DNA of 64,000 nucleotides, taken from the NCBI RefSeq assembly GCF_006345805.1, contig NC_043010.1, forward strand, positions 2,046,001-2,110,000. Reading direction: 5' to 3'. A program made the position numbers and the translations under genes. Origin of the DNA: Octopus sinensis (Eukaryota). The notes below the pieces were generated by a model. That model did not search any database and was not told where the DNA came from. It saw only the letters and a list, made by a program, of their open reading frames with translations. Of this stretch, positions 48,082 to 61,966 are shown piece after piece (the stretch's first letter is position 1; every line of letters begins with the position of its first letter).

Positions 48082-50520
48082 ATTCATTGCAACTATAGTT
48101 TCAAAATACTTGACTGCAAAAGACCAAACATCAATCATCAGACATTGAATGACATGCAAATGTTTGTATCACATCTACTAAAGTGGTATATCAGAGTAAA
48201 GGGGAAGTGAGTTGACTACACATTTGACTGATGTATTCAAAGTACCCAGGGAAGAAAAAAAAAATCCATGCAACTATTTATGTTCACTGCCTCTTGTCAA
48301 AAGAACATATTTGTTAAATTAGCTAAAGCAGTGAAATCACTTGTAAAATGGATTTGTTAAAACATAACGAATGAATTATGAATGAGGTTTAGACTAAAAA
48401 AATATAACAGTATAACTCTATTGTTACCGAAAACAAGCATAAAAGAAGTAGATAGTGTTGGAGCTTAGTAGGAAGATGAACCGATAAAGTCCTCATAAGG
48501 TCAAAGGAATACAGTGCAAGAGGATATCAGATATCCCAAACATATCATTAATCCAATCATCACCTCACATCTATATAAACATGGTATTTAATTCCGGTAG
48601 CAGTGCCAACTTATTCAAATGCTTACACTTACAGAATATTTCAGATTTAGCATTTAAATATATCCTTAGCAGTAGCATATTTTTTAGTATCAGCCTTGTC
48701 CTCACTGTGCATTGGCTGCTGATATTTTCATAAGGCCTTACTCTTTCAATGATTTTTCAATTGGTGTTATAGTCAACAAGTTTTTCTTTTAAAGACGAGA
48801 TGTAACACAAGTTCTTTTCTGCATTTCTCTTATCAATGTTTTTCGAAGAAGACTCATGATGCCAAAATCTTTGCTTGAACTTCCTTTCTATCAAATCAAT
48901 ATAATGTTTTAGGGTAATGGTTAGGTTTGAATCTGTTAAACTCTACTTTATTTATGATGGCTTCTGTATTCTAGATTCCATTCAGTGGGCAGGTACTGAT
49001 GTTTTTAGATGAGCAACTAACCTCAGTATATGTAGTATGGTTATGTAATATTATTTCTTTCATATTAGCAATTCAGTCAAAACTTGCTCTAGACTGTATT
49101 TGTAGAAGAACAGTGTTTATTGTTAAAACTTATGAAGGTTTTCTTTTGCTCTGTTTGACTTAACATTTGCCAGGAAGATGCACGTAAACCAAATAATATA
49201 ATGCTCTCTTTACTCTCTTTTACTTGTTTCAGTCATTTGATTGTGGCCATGCTGGAGCACCGCCTTTAGTCGAGCAAATCGACCCCAGGACTTATTCTTT
49301 GTAAGCCTAGTACTTATTCTATCAGTCTCTTTTGCTGAACTGTTAAGTTACAAGGACATAAACACACTAGCATCAGTTGTCAAGCGATGTTGGGGGAGAC
49401 AAACACAGACACACAAACATATACATACACACATACATATATATATATATATACGACGGGCTTCTTTCAGTTTTCGTCTACCACATCCACTCACAAGGCT
49501 TTGGTCGGCCAGAGGCTATAGTAGAAGACACTTGCCCAAGGTGCCATGCAGTGGGACTAAACCCGGAACCATGTGGTTCGTAAGCAAGCTAATCTTTTTC
49601 TTTTTCTTAAGTCAAAGATTCAAGGTACAACAAGCCTTATCCTTGTACCTACTCACTTATAAGGTAGTATTATAGTAACATTTTTCCCAGTCAAAGGTCT
49701 CTTTACTGGATGATAGCTTTGACAACTGTCTACCTATGTTACTGTCCAGGCTCTTGAATACTATAGACAGGTGGCATGAAACTATATTTATATAAGTCAG
49801 ATTTTCATTAGGTTTATAAATGGTTTGTATGAGCTTGTGTTTAAATCTAGTGACACACAAGAAATTGACTGTGATTAAGTTTGTCTCTATTATGATTTCA
49901 AAGCTGAAGGAACTGAATGTATGGATAGTATCTTTTTTTAATGCATCCAGTATATACCCATTACACTGTACAGCTTGAATGTAAATGCATATGTGTAAAT
50001 AAATTTATCTTATGTAACTGGATCCAACTGACTTGAATCAGATACTATGTTTAAACAAGTGTGAGGCAATAAGAGCGATGGGGTAGAGTTTTTGAATGTG
50101 AGCATATCCTCATGTGTCACTTCCTTTGAACCTCAGAGAAAACTTGCCGATTTAGCTTTCTATTAAACTCTAATACCATTTCATTCTCATTTTCTTTTTG
50201 CTTTTGCTACTACAGAACTACATAATTATAATCTTATTCCTATTTCTTTCACTTGAATTCAATGGATTCCTTTCACGAGTGATTTAACACTTTTAGCCAA
50301 TTTATCATGAATCTCCCTTTGACCAAAAGCTGTGAACTTAGCTGAGTGAATGAGTCTTTCCCAAAAGTACTTTGAATGCACCGAAAGGACACGTTCAGAG
50401 CATCCACCCGGTGTTGTTCAATGATTCGTAGCTTTTTTTTGATGTGGTACAGATGTCACATCTCATTCCTTGTCAAATGATCTATGTTCACACTTAAAGT
50501 CTGAAACTCATAGTAACAAG
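48082..50520 (-). mobile_element. Decayed Penelope-like retroelement: RT and GIY-YIG remnants, 3' pseudo-LTR and an inverted 5' pseudo-LTR
   Basis: Minus-strand remnants read GYILDALKKDTIHTFSSFSFEIIIETNLITVNFL and YKPNENLTYINIVSCHLSIVFKSLDSNIGRQLSKLSSSKETFD (RT/thumb). Further remnants read NMKEIILHNH..CSSKNISTCPLNG and HYIDLIERKFKQRFWHHESS..LKEK..IIERVRPY..LNAKSEIFCKCKHLNK (GIY-YIG). About 50130-50520(+) is homologous to about 48082-48480(-), and both carry hammerhead-like cores. Confidence 0.8.
49208..49590 (-). mobile_element. SINE family C, near full length, nested in a Penelope remnant
   Basis: Reverse complement of the 42345-42770 element; interrupts Penelope coding remnants on both sides. 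Confidence 0.85.
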
Positions 50521-52127
50521 TTATAATATTTTACATTTATAATAACAAGGGTGTTACAAAGAAATGTATGTATGTATACATGTCTGTGAAATTGTCATCA
50601 GAGACTAATTTATCAATTATTTACTTTTGACTATAAGATGTAAAATAAATTGGCAAAATGGATTTTTCTCAGAGTACCAAATGAAATTCACCAAATGGAA
50701 GTGAATAGAATGTCCTCCCTCTTTTTGTGTGTACATAATTCCAACTTAAGATACAAGGGGATCTTCTATGTAGTTATGCTAGAAATAGCCACCAAATATC
50801 CCTGAAATGATACTCTATAGTATTCCTAAAAAAGCACATTTTGGATAATGTATTTCAGAGAACATAATATAAAAAGAAAGAAATAAAAATATTTAGGTGG
50901 TTATGTCTGGAATAACAGTAACCCAGAGGTCTTATTCCTCAGGACCTACCTGGACTAAACAATAACGTCAAGAAAACTAACCAAAATACTTCCACTTGAA
51001 CATTGTTGTATGTTATAGCATGTGTTCATTCTAAGAAGTCACTGTGCTGACTCAATGATTTTGTTTGTCAGATGAAATGTCATCTCTTGATTATTGTTAA
51101 ATGTTGAATGCTTCATTGTTTACCTGTACTTGTGTTGCTATCATTGATGTTGCTTTGTATTTTGCATAAGTGGTGGTGGTGGTGGTGGTGGTGGTGGTAG
51201 TAGTAAAAGGAAATTTTAATTCAAAGATCTTGTTTAGAAAAAATTCTTGTGCTGCATACGTATTTTGATTCAAAATTTCTTCAAAAATAAAAACAAGATG
51301 TTTCCTGTAAATTGAACTTAGTGAATCAGAGGTTGAAAGAAAGTCTGTATCTGAAATTTGAACTCAAAATTTGGTAAAATAAAAGAATGAAAAAGGAAAT
51401 ATTATAGATTCAAATTTGAATTACAATCCTATTTTGTTTTCTGTTTTTTTTTTCCTCTTTTCTCTTACCAATGTTTTCACAATTTAATTATTCCCAAAAC
51501 TCATTCAATTTCCTTTCATGAAAATGTAGTTTTTTTTTTACTTTTTGTTTCTCATGAATTTGAATCTTCAAACTGAATATTTCATATAATATATGTGTGT
51601 GTATATGTATGTATTATGTGTGTGTGTGTATATGTATTATGTGTGTGTGTGCATATGGGTAGATAAATGGATAGAATTTGCCAGTTTTTGGTGATAAGAT
51701 GAGGATTCAGTTATTCTGTTTACTGAATTACAAGCTTATTGAATTAGTATATAAGTGGCTGAGTATTCCTTGGGCATCTGTACTTTTAATGTAATTCTCA
51801 GGTAGATTCAAGATGACATAGAGTGATGCAAGCTGTGTACCCTTGGAAAAGAGGTAGAATCCATCTGCAGAGGTTCTACAGAATTTTTGTTCACCTTCCA
51901 CTCACCAGGTATGTCATCTCAGGGCTATAAACACTAGTATATGCCCCAAATATCATGCAATGGGGTCAAAATTGGGACATGGTAACAAATCAAATTTCTA
52001 AACCATTCAGCATTATACTGCACCTGTAATACATGAGTGTAGGAGCATGTATACACATGCATACATGTATGTGTGTATGCATATATATATATACACAGTC
52101 AAATGGCTGAAACAGCAAAGAATGAAA

Positions 52128-52168
<41 letters not shown>

Positions 52169-52503
52169 TTTCATTTTTTCATTTCATCTAGTTTCAGCTC
52201 ACGAGCTGTGGCCATGCTGGGGCACCACCATATATATATATATATTATATATATATATAATATATATATATATATTCATGTATGTATATATGTATGTATT
52301 CTTTCCTTTTTTTTTATCTGTTTCAGCCACTTGATTGTGGCCATGCTAGAGCATGCTTTAAAGTGTTTTAGTCAAAAAAATCGACACCAGTACTTATTCT
52401 TTGTAAGCCTAATACTTATTCTATTGGTTTCTTCTGCTGAACTGCTAAGTTACAGGGACATAAACACACCAATATCAGTTGTCAACACACACACACATAC
52501 ACA

Positions 52504-52539
<36 letters not shown>

Positions 52540-52829
52540 TGTGATCACCGTGACTGACCAGTCTATCAGATGTTGCTACACATCGCTGGTCACAATGCAC
52601 AACGCATTTCACAAAGCATTCTATCCAGTGTGCTAATGACTTTGCCAGTTTGTCTCTTTCCGAGTATTGTCAAGATGGTAGAAAATAGAAGGCGAAAATG
52701 AAATATGGTAAATTCCCCAAACAACAGAGTTAGTCATGCTTTGGGTAGCACAGTGAAAGTACACAGCAATGAGACTACTGAATAATAAATAATATTCTAT
52801 AATAATAATCCATTTCCCTATAAGCACAA

Positions 52830-53205
52830 GGCCAGCAACTTTGTGGGAGTGTGTAAGTCAGTTATATCAACCCCATTTTCTAACTGGTACTTATTTCATT
52901 GACCCTGAAAGGATGAGAGGCAAAGTGAACCCTGGTGGAATTTGAATTTAGAACATAAAAAAGGATAAAATACTACTAAGCATTTTGCCCATCATGCTGC
53001 CTTTAATAACAATAATAATTACAATGGTTTCAAATATTGGTACAAGGCCAGCAAGTTTTTTGGAGTAAGTCTATTATATTGACCACAATGCTCAACAAGT
53101 ACTTATTTTATCAGCCCCAAAATGATAAAAGACAAAGTAGACTTCAGTGGAACTTGAACTCAGAATGTAAAGACATGCTAATGATTCTGTCAGCTTGCCA
53201 CCTTC

Positions 53206-53239
<34 letters not shown>

Positions 53240-53460
53240 TGATGGTTTCTGATTTAGGCATAAGGCCACAACTTTCAAAAGGAAGGAAAGCTGATATCAT
53301 TGACCCCAGTACTTGACTGATACTTTTATTTTATCGAACCTTAAAGGATGATGTTGACCTTAGTGGAATTTGAACTGAGAGTGATGTAATGAGTAGGAAG
53401 AATTACTGCTGGGCATTTTTTGTTCTTTTTTGATGATGCTCTAACGATTCTGTTAGCTCA
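52830..53460 (-). mobile_element. Three consecutive degraded SINE family B copies
   Basis: A GGAATTTGAACT-like motif and the central domain recur at about 52935, 53150 and 53365. Confidence 0.65.
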
Positions 53461-54698
53461 ATGCCTTGATAATGATGATGATGATGATGATGATTAATCA
53501 ATTTCCTATGCTTGGTTTTAAAACCAATTGTCATTCACCAGTGGTGCATTGTCACACGGTCCTCTTGCATGTATTGCCACAGACATATTTGGCAAAATTC
53601 CTCGCATGCAAAAGAAGACTTGGAAGCAATCAGCTTCATTCTCTGAGGCATATTTTGCATCACTCTCTGCTGTGGAAATATATTCCATTCTTCTCCAAAT
53701 GAACTCAACAATGATCACAGATGGACAGATGCCATAGCTTTTAAGCCAAATGTATTAAAGTGCATTAGGTACAGATATCACTGTCAGCATCATCATCATC
53801 ATCATTTTGTTCTAGTTTTGTTCGTATATACTGTTATGATTTCCTGCAAAAGTTTCCGACTTTGTTGGTCAAGCGCTACTCTTTCTTTTCAAACCTTTCT
53901 CTCCTGCTTTGTCTGTCTGCTAATTGCTCAAGGAAGAAGTTTTCTGATTCCTTCAATGCATGTTCATCTGCATTGTTTGAGGATGAATTTGTATTGACAT
54001 TGTCATCGTCATCATTATTTCTCATCACCATCATCATGACCATGTCCCCCATCATTGTCACTTACCATCACCATCACAACCACCACCACCATTACAACGA
54101 GCACTACCACCACCACAACCACCACCATCATCAACATCTTCATCAAAAGCATCACAACCACTGCCACCATCACCATCATTTTGAATTAACACAGGAGCTC
54201 CTGCAAAGACTGGTTTGAAATACCAGCCCCCCTCCTCGCCCCCCCTCTCTCTCAATGTTGCACTTCTGTCTTAAAAGATGGACACATTAGATGATGTAGT
54301 CCAAGATACATTGTGCAGCAAATACAAGATGGTCTTTGCAAGAGGATTTTGACAATAGGTTGCCTGATCAAGACTGACCAGAAATGCAGAGTTTTGCTTA
54401 TGAACACAATGCATCGCTTGGTCTGGAAATCAAAATCAGGGTCCTACAGTCATGAATGCAACATCCTATCACAAGACCATGCACCACACATCAAGTAGTT
54501 AATACATTTAATGCCGAACTAAGATTTATTTGCAGCTGCCTTCTGATTTAAATTTGATGTTAAAACTACAATTGCAACGAATACATTTATGCACATAATA
54601 TCCAAGTCTATCTGCCAAAACTACTGCATGAATTTAACTATTGAAATTTCTTTTTTTAAAAAGCCTTGCTTCAAGTAGCAGAGCATCCTGCAAGACAC

Positions 54699-55008
54699 TT
54701 CGTTGGGGCTTGAAACCATGGAAGAAATAAAAAGAATCGTCAGAAATTGTCTGAATGTTTACGGTCGAGGTCATGAGAGACTTTCATCCTTCTGGGGTTA
54801 ATATAATAGAGAATCAAGTCTAGACAGATGGGCTGGGGGAAATGTTTGAATACTTCGTTGGGGCTTGAAACCAAGGAAGAAATAAATAGAAACCTCAGAA
54901 ATTGTCTGAATGTTTGCTGCCAAGGTCATGAGAGACTTTCATCCTTCTGGGGTTAATATAATAGAGAATCAAGTCTAGACAGAAGGGCTGGGGGAAATGT
55001 TCGAATAC
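54699..55008 (+). repeat. Tandem duplication, 2 x 155 bp, containing a decayed SINE B fragment
   Basis: TTCGTTGGGGCTTGAAACCA occurs at 54699 and 54854; the units are mostly identical. Confidence 0.9.
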
Positions 55009-55380
55009 CAATAGGTAAAATGGAAATAAGTGAAATGAGTGGAGTAAGAGGCAGATAAATGGATAACATGAAAGGTTACAACATCAGCATGTGCATCATT
55101 TAAGCCTGTAACATTCACGTTATTAGCAAACTACCCGACTACATAGGAAGCATGAAATGAGGGAGGTATGTCATAGCAGCAGTATGTATTGAGAAATATG
55201 TAAATGGACTTTGATAGATTACTGGGTGATGTCTTAGAAAAATCACATTATCGTTGGTGATGCAGCATTCTATTGCAGCTGTATGATGTGTTTGTGACTA
55301 AGTGACATGTGATGACGATTCACTCCCGAGCTGAAATAAGCTCCCAACCTCTGCATCATGAATGGTTATGGGGACCACTG

Positions 55381-55760
55381 CTAACAAAAGCCAGAACTTC
55401 CTTCGACCACTACATAAAAAGTATTAAGAAAATATAGTATTTAGATATACTTTTATTTTAGTTGTTTACACTGTTTTACGCTTGTTTATACTCTTATACA
55501 TTCAAAGTTCACAAATTTCCTTATTTAAATTATGAATCATATTCCTTTCGATAATATTAATATGATTACAAAACTTCTTTGTAGATGATATTTTCCATTT
55601 GGTCGACACTAATCTTCAAATTAGTGGAGTCCGTGGCTCTACTCATAGTAATGTATAACTGGCTGTGTGTAAACAACAGAGTGGGTAAAAATGCACCTAC
55701 ATGATCTGTTCCTTGTTTGCTGTGAATGCACAAGCGGAATCTTGAGGGTTGCAAAAATCA
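55381..55760 (-). mobile_element. 3' remnant of an autonomous Helitron (C-terminus of the PIF1-like helicase)
   Basis: SKQGTDHVGAFLPTLLFTHSQLYITMSRATDSTNLKISVDQMENIIYKEVL* matches the Helitron helicase end (KSQGQT..VG..L..P.F.HGQLYVA.SR...N.VY.EVL). A degenerate terminus lies near 55381. Confidence 0.75.
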
Positions 55761-56479
55761 AATTATGTCTTACCTCTCACTGCTCTATGCAAATAATGTC
55801 TGGATGTTCTGGTACCTTGGGTTATTTTGATTGACAAAACTGAGATGTGAACAACAGCTGCTTCGATTAGCCATTTGGAACCCTGCTTGAGACTGGCACA
55901 AACGCTTACTTGTTTCCCGGCAACATAATAATATTTTCCCCTTCTTAGACTTACATAATGGTAAGGTCTATTTACAGCAATCATGTTTATGTCAAGACAA
56001 GAGTACACACAACCACATGTACAAATGTACACATACATGATTATATATATATGTTCATGTGTACATGACGGTCTTCTTCCAGTTTCCATATACTAAACTC
56101 ACTCACAAGGCTTTGGTCAGCCTGGAGTTATAGAAGATATTAACCCAAGGTGCCATGTAGTGGGACTGAAACCCAAACAACATGGTTTGGAAGTCCACAG
56201 TGTATATATAAATCAGATCTATATAAAGAATATCCTTTGATATCTGAGAGCTTCTGCAGCAGGTTTGCTATGTTTCAATATCTAAATGTTGCATAAGAAA
56301 CTACTCACCCACCAGAGCTACTTTTGACATAATTTATTCTTAGCAAAGAAGTCTGCAAATATAGAAAAATTAAACAAAAGCTTTTGTAATCTGAAGACTA
56401 ATTATAGTCGAATGAACATTGAGGTCATTTGTCACTGGACAGAGGTCAGTCTGACTACATAAATGTCAGTGTTGTTTGG

Positions 56480-57077
56480 TTGATATCATCATCATCACTA
56501 TCACCATAAACCACTTACACCATAAAGCACCAGTTCTTATCATAATCATCATTGGCATGATCATCATCATCATCATCAGCATCTCCAATACTATCTTCAA
56601 TGCACCACTATCATCGTAATCAGTAGTGAAGAACTCATCTTTATGATGATCATCACCACCATCGTCGTCATCATTACCAAGTCACTGTATTGCCAATATC
56701 ATCATCCTTATCAAAATCATTATCGTCATCATCATCATTACCAGCATCATCCCCCAAAATGATATCATAGATGTGATGAATGCCACTACCACCACCACCA
56801 CCACCACCACCACATCTATCATAATCACTTTGTCGTCATTGCCATCATTATCTTCACCAGCATCATCGTTGAAGTCATCATCAACACCCCCAACACTCCC
56901 AACTCAATCATAATCATCACTAAAGAGCTCATCAACATCATCATCATCGTCATCACCGATATCAACACAGCTATCATTACATAATCATTATTGGAATGAA
57001 CATTATAATGATTAATATCGTTATTACCAAGACAATGTGCTGCCAAAAAACAGTCCTGTCTCCCCACTACCATCATC

Positions 57078-57110
<33 letters not shown>

Positions 57111-57120
57111 CTGTCACTGC
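56480..57120. repeat. (CAT/CAC)n low-complexity tract
   Basis: Directly visible. Confidence 0.9.
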
Positions 57121-57370
57121 CCCATATTCGAAATTCCTTATCATTTGATTTAATATATCCCATCATACCCCTACAGGGTTCTGATGAAATATCTACCCTG
57201 TCAACCATAAATGTGACTGCACTGACAACTGCAACAGTATGTAGGAGGGTACATGTTTTGAAGCATGAATGTCTTTCATATCATTGTTGCATCGCGAAGA
57301 GGAACAGGGATAAAATATGCAGATAAAGTAAAAAAAGTGTAAAAAAAAAAAAGGGAAAGAGAGAGATTAA

Positions 57371-57548
57371 CCCTTTAGCGTTCAGAGTTTTCTATCAAAT
57401 ATAATACTTATTTACTCATTTTGTTTTGAATAAATTAAACATTATCTTGTAGCTTTGAGATTTTGATGATGTGAACATTTATTTTTTTAGAGTGACTTGG
57501 TAGAGTAGGTGTGAGTGACCAGATCTGGCAAGTTTGAATGCTAGAGGG
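57371..57548 (+). mobile_element. piggyBac-type MITE
   Basis: TTAA|CCCTTTAGCGTTCAGA ... TTTGAATGCTAGAGGG|TCAA. Confidence 0.75.
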
Positions 57549-58912
57549 TCAAGAGGGGAAATAGAGTATGTATGTGCAAGGAAGGAGGGAGTTACAACAA
57601 TCACAATCATCACAAACACAAGAACAAGATATATGTATATAGCTTTAAGCTATATATATACTTTTTTTGTAGTTTTAGCTCAGAGTTGCAGCCATGCTGG
57701 GGCACCGTTGAGCCTCCTCTGGCCCCTGTACCAGTCACACGTAAAAAGCACCCACTACACTTACAGAGTGGTTGGCGTTAGGAAGGGCATCAAGCTGTAG
57801 AAACACTGCCAGATCAGACTGGAGCCTGGTGCAGCTTCCTGGCTTCCCAGAGCCCGGTCGAACTGTCCAGCCCATGCTAGCATAGAAAACGGATATTAAA
57901 CGATGATGATGAGGATGATAATGATGAAACATAGTTTAGACTATATAATTCCTTTTTATCTCACATACATAAACATATATATACATACACACACACACAC
58001 GCGTGTGTGTGTATATATATATATATATATAAAGAGAGAGAGATTACCAATACAATATTATAACTTTGGCATTCTTTTCTACTCTAGGCCCAGAATTTGG
58101 TGGGAACGGGGCCAATCGATTAGATCAACTGCAGTATGCAACTGGTACTTAATTTATCAACCCTGAAAGGATGAAAGGCAAAGTCGACCTCTGCGGAATT
58201 TGAACTCAGAATGTAAAGTCATACGAAATACCACTAAGCATTTTGCCCAGTGTGCTAACATTTCTACCAGCTTCCCGCCTCACTAACTTTAGTAATATAA
58301 CTGCCAATTCATGTTAGTGGATGGTTTCATGTTGAAGAACCTTCCAAATGTGGAAAAGCAAATTAACAATCATCAGATGAAAACTTTTATTTCATATTTT
58401 TTTAATTTCATCTAGTTTCAGCTCATGAGCTGTGGCCATGCTGGGGCACCACCATTTGGTGTTGCTACATGATTTTACTTCACGAATACATATTGAACTA
58501 TATGTATGTATTTATGCATATATGTATGTATGTGTGTATGTATGTATTCACATATGTACATTATGTATGTATGTATCTAAGTACATAAGTATGTACACAG
58601 GACAGGCTTCTTTCAGTATCTGTCAACCAAATTCACTCACAAGTTTTGCCCTGTAGTTATGATGGCTGAGCCGTCTAAAGTAAAGTGTCTTCACAAAAGT
58701 GGACACACACCAATGACATGATATAAACAACAGAAATCTTGGCTAACTGCCCAATACTCACTGAAATTGTCCATCCACAGCACAACAGCTCTATTAAAAC
58801 ATTTATTAGTAACCCACATCAAAGACAGTAGGAAGTTTGTTGAGAGAGAGAAAAATTCAGGTCAAACATTGACCAATATCAGAAGCTATAAAAGAAAATC
58901 TCTCCATTTTGC

Positions 58913-58914
<2 letters not shown>

Positions 58915-58949
<35 letters not shown>

Positions 58950-59055
58950 GAAATATATATATTTATATCTAAATATTTGTATGTATGTATATATATATAT
59001 ACACACATACATAGAAATATATATATATATATTTATATCTAAATATTTGTGTATG

Positions 59056-59095
<40 letters not shown>

Positions 59096-59232
59096 TATAT
59101 AGAAATATATATATATTTATATCTAGTTATTTGTGTGTGTATATATATATATAAACACACATACATAGAAATATATATATTTATATCTAAATATGTGTAT
59201 ATAAATATATATATACACACATACATACATAG

Positions 59233-59275
<43 letters not shown>
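58915..59275. repeat. AT-rich minisatellite (ACATAGAAATATATATATTTATATCTAAATATTTGT... units)
   Basis: About 4-5 units visible. Confidence 0.9.
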
Positions 59276-59277
<2 letters not shown>

Positions 59278-59749
59278 CTATTTCACATCAATTTTCATAC
59301 TAGCCTAGATGTAAAACCAGGCGAGGAAATTGAATGCAGGGTGGTATATTTGTTAGTGCAATAATGTTTGTTCTATTTTTGGGTTAGTAAAGAGCAGATT
59401 ATTTATTTATTTTATATATCTGGTAAACAATAGCACCACAGGCTGTAGGTTCACCTGTCTGCAGCATTAACGATAGCTACAGGGATATGGGAGTGTTAGT
59501 GCAGGAACAAATACCATTATGAGTGAAGCAATGATGGCTGGCTAATGGAGAAAACATTACCTTGCTTGGCTACAGGTGAGCATTGGCCATAGGTGTGTAT
59601 TGACCACAGGTTTGTGTTTGATCCATACAATCATGAAAAAAGTGGAATTTAAAACAAAGATGATGAATAATTTTGATGAAAAATATTTTGCTAGGACTAA
59701 ATATGGTGTACCCTGTGGCATATGTATCTAACCACTGAATATATATTTA

Positions 59750-59967
59750 CAAGGGGGGGGGGCTGAAAAGTTCCTAGCTTTGGGTAAAAGAAAATACAGG
59801 AGAATCAATTAATTATGAATTTATTCATTCCCCTCTTGTATTCACACACTTATTGCAGTGGTCCTTCAATTTTTCTAAACTCAGTAAAAGAACTCAGAAA
59901 GTTGGGCTTCCAACTAGGCCTTTCATGACACCCTTAAAAGCTAGGAACTTTTCAGCACTCCCTTATG
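59750..59967. mobile_element. mariner-type MITE with TA target duplication
   Basis: TA|CAAGGGGGGGGGCTGAAAAGTTCCTAGCTTT ... AAAGCTAGGAACTTTTCAGCACTCCCTTATG|TA. Confidence 0.85.
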
Positions 59968-60299
59968 TACATACACACACACACACATGCACGCACATAT
60001 ACGCACACATGCATGCACATACAACAGGTTTTTCAAGATAGTGTTCAGTCCAGGGTCATGTCAGAAGACATCTTCCCAGAGTGCCATGCAGTGGGATTGA
60101 AACTGAAACTCACATAGATACAAAGTATACTTCCTTATCACACAGCTATAATTTTCTCCTAGTTTCAAGGAGATTTGGCTGGTATTTCTAGGACACAAAC
60201 AACGGAACAGGTCGTCCTTTGTCAGCTCTAAGTAATCATGATTTTACAGATGGGTGTTTTTTTTATTTAATGTATTTATTGTATACAGTGCTCAGTTGA

Positions 60300-60833
60300 A
60301 GTGGCCCAAAGTGCATGAACAGTTCATAGAATAATGCACAGGAGAAAAATGGAAGATAGGGAAACATCAGGTTGGCAAAATTTCAAGAAGCATGGAAGTT
60401 TTGAAGGATGTAGTGTCCTGAAAGCAGATAAATGACATGGGTAATTTGTTCCATGCTTCGTCAATTCTGAGCATGAAAAATGTTTTAAAAAGTCATGGGT
60501 GCTGTGTTGTTTTTTGATTTTGTAAACATGTCTATGAGTGTTTGACATATGGAATTCAAAAGAAAGGTGCCAAAGGTTATTGTTGGAAAGATGGTGGATA
60601 GTCTTGTAGGTCTCTACCAAGTCAATTGCAAAATGTCGGATCTTTAATGTGTCCATGCCTAGAGAAGCAAGACATTCAGACTGTGGTAGATGCCTGAGAG
60701 CAGGTATTCCGCTGGTTGCACATTGCTGAACAGTTTCCAGGAGATAGATATACTGTGCAAAATAGGGGTTCCAGATTGACGATGTAAATTCTAAGTGTGG
60801 ATGTATTGTACACCCACACTTAGAGTTTGCAGC
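60300..60833 (-). mobile_element. 5'-truncated CR1/L2-type LINE ORF2 C-terminal remnant
   Basis: Minus frame reads HPHLEFTSSIWNPYFAQYIYLLETVQQCATSGIP..LASLGMDTLKIRHFAIDLVETYKTI..HRHVYKIKK, matching the CR1 pattern (RPHLEYA..W.P....LE.VQ.RAT...L.L..L..RR...DL..YK). Confidence 0.8.
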
Positions 60834-61966
60834 TATCTGTTTAAACCCTTATACAGCTTTAAATAGATAGCTGGAGAGTGAATGGTTGAATGCCCTTCCT
60901 AATGTCAAATAATTTACAAAATGAACTACATGCATTTCATGCTGTACAGGCACCAGTGAGGTCACCAAGTAACTTACATGACCTGCTACCAAAGGACCAC
61001 AGAGAAAGGCAGCTTTATGCCAGGCGATGAAAGATCAAATCATGACAGAGGGACAGGAACATCTGTTTTGCTGTAGAGTAGATACATGACTACCCTAGTT
61101 GGAAAAGAGAGATGGTGAAACTGATGTAGTAAGCTTTAAACTTTAACGGTAGCATGCTCAGTAGGCCAACACCTTAACTTCTCAGCCATTGTGTGCTTTT
61201 ATAAATCTTCATTTATGTAACTAGAAATTTGATATCTAGAAAGACAGAAAGAGCAGCTAACTGTAAAAATATTGTTCTCTCTCTCTCAATGACAAAAATG
61301 AAACTAGGAAACCGATTAAAGAGATATTTCCTTTTAATCCAAGAACTAGATAGAAATATGACATTAGAAATAATTTTAGATTCAAAATATCTATTTTAAT
61401 TTATCTCTATCAAATAATTCTGACAGATATTTACCATTTTAGTCGATGCATGACAGCACAAAGAAAATATAAATGGATGCTTAACCATTTATTTTAATCA
61501 TGATAATCACCACCACCACCACCAACACCACAACTATCATCATCATCATCACCAGCAGCGGCACGACGACCACCAACATGGAATTGACGATGCTGATGAT
61601 GATAATGATGGTGATGGAGGTAGTCAGGTCTGTGATGGCAGAGGTAATGGTATGCCATGGGAATTAGAATGATAGGAATGATTATCCTAAGAGAGAAGGA
61701 AGCTGATGATGAAGATCAGCAAAGGGTAGTTAGGAAGAGTTTCACGCAGAAAATCATCCCAACATCTACAGATAGGATTGTGTCAATCACCATAACTACA
61801 CATTGTATGGTACAACAAATATAAAGTCTGACAATGGCTTGGCTGATTGAAACAGCGAAGTCACTGTCAACAATATTCTGGTTTAAGGATGAAAAATTTG
61901 TACTCTACAAAGCATAGTGGAAACTATCAGATTAATGTAGAAAGAAACATTAATATATATATGTAT

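Noticed and set aside
56391-56420. CTGAAGA followed by a small GACTA/TAGTC stem
   Set aside because: The stem overlaps the core, there is no GAAA, and stems I and III are missing, so it is not a credible hammerhead.
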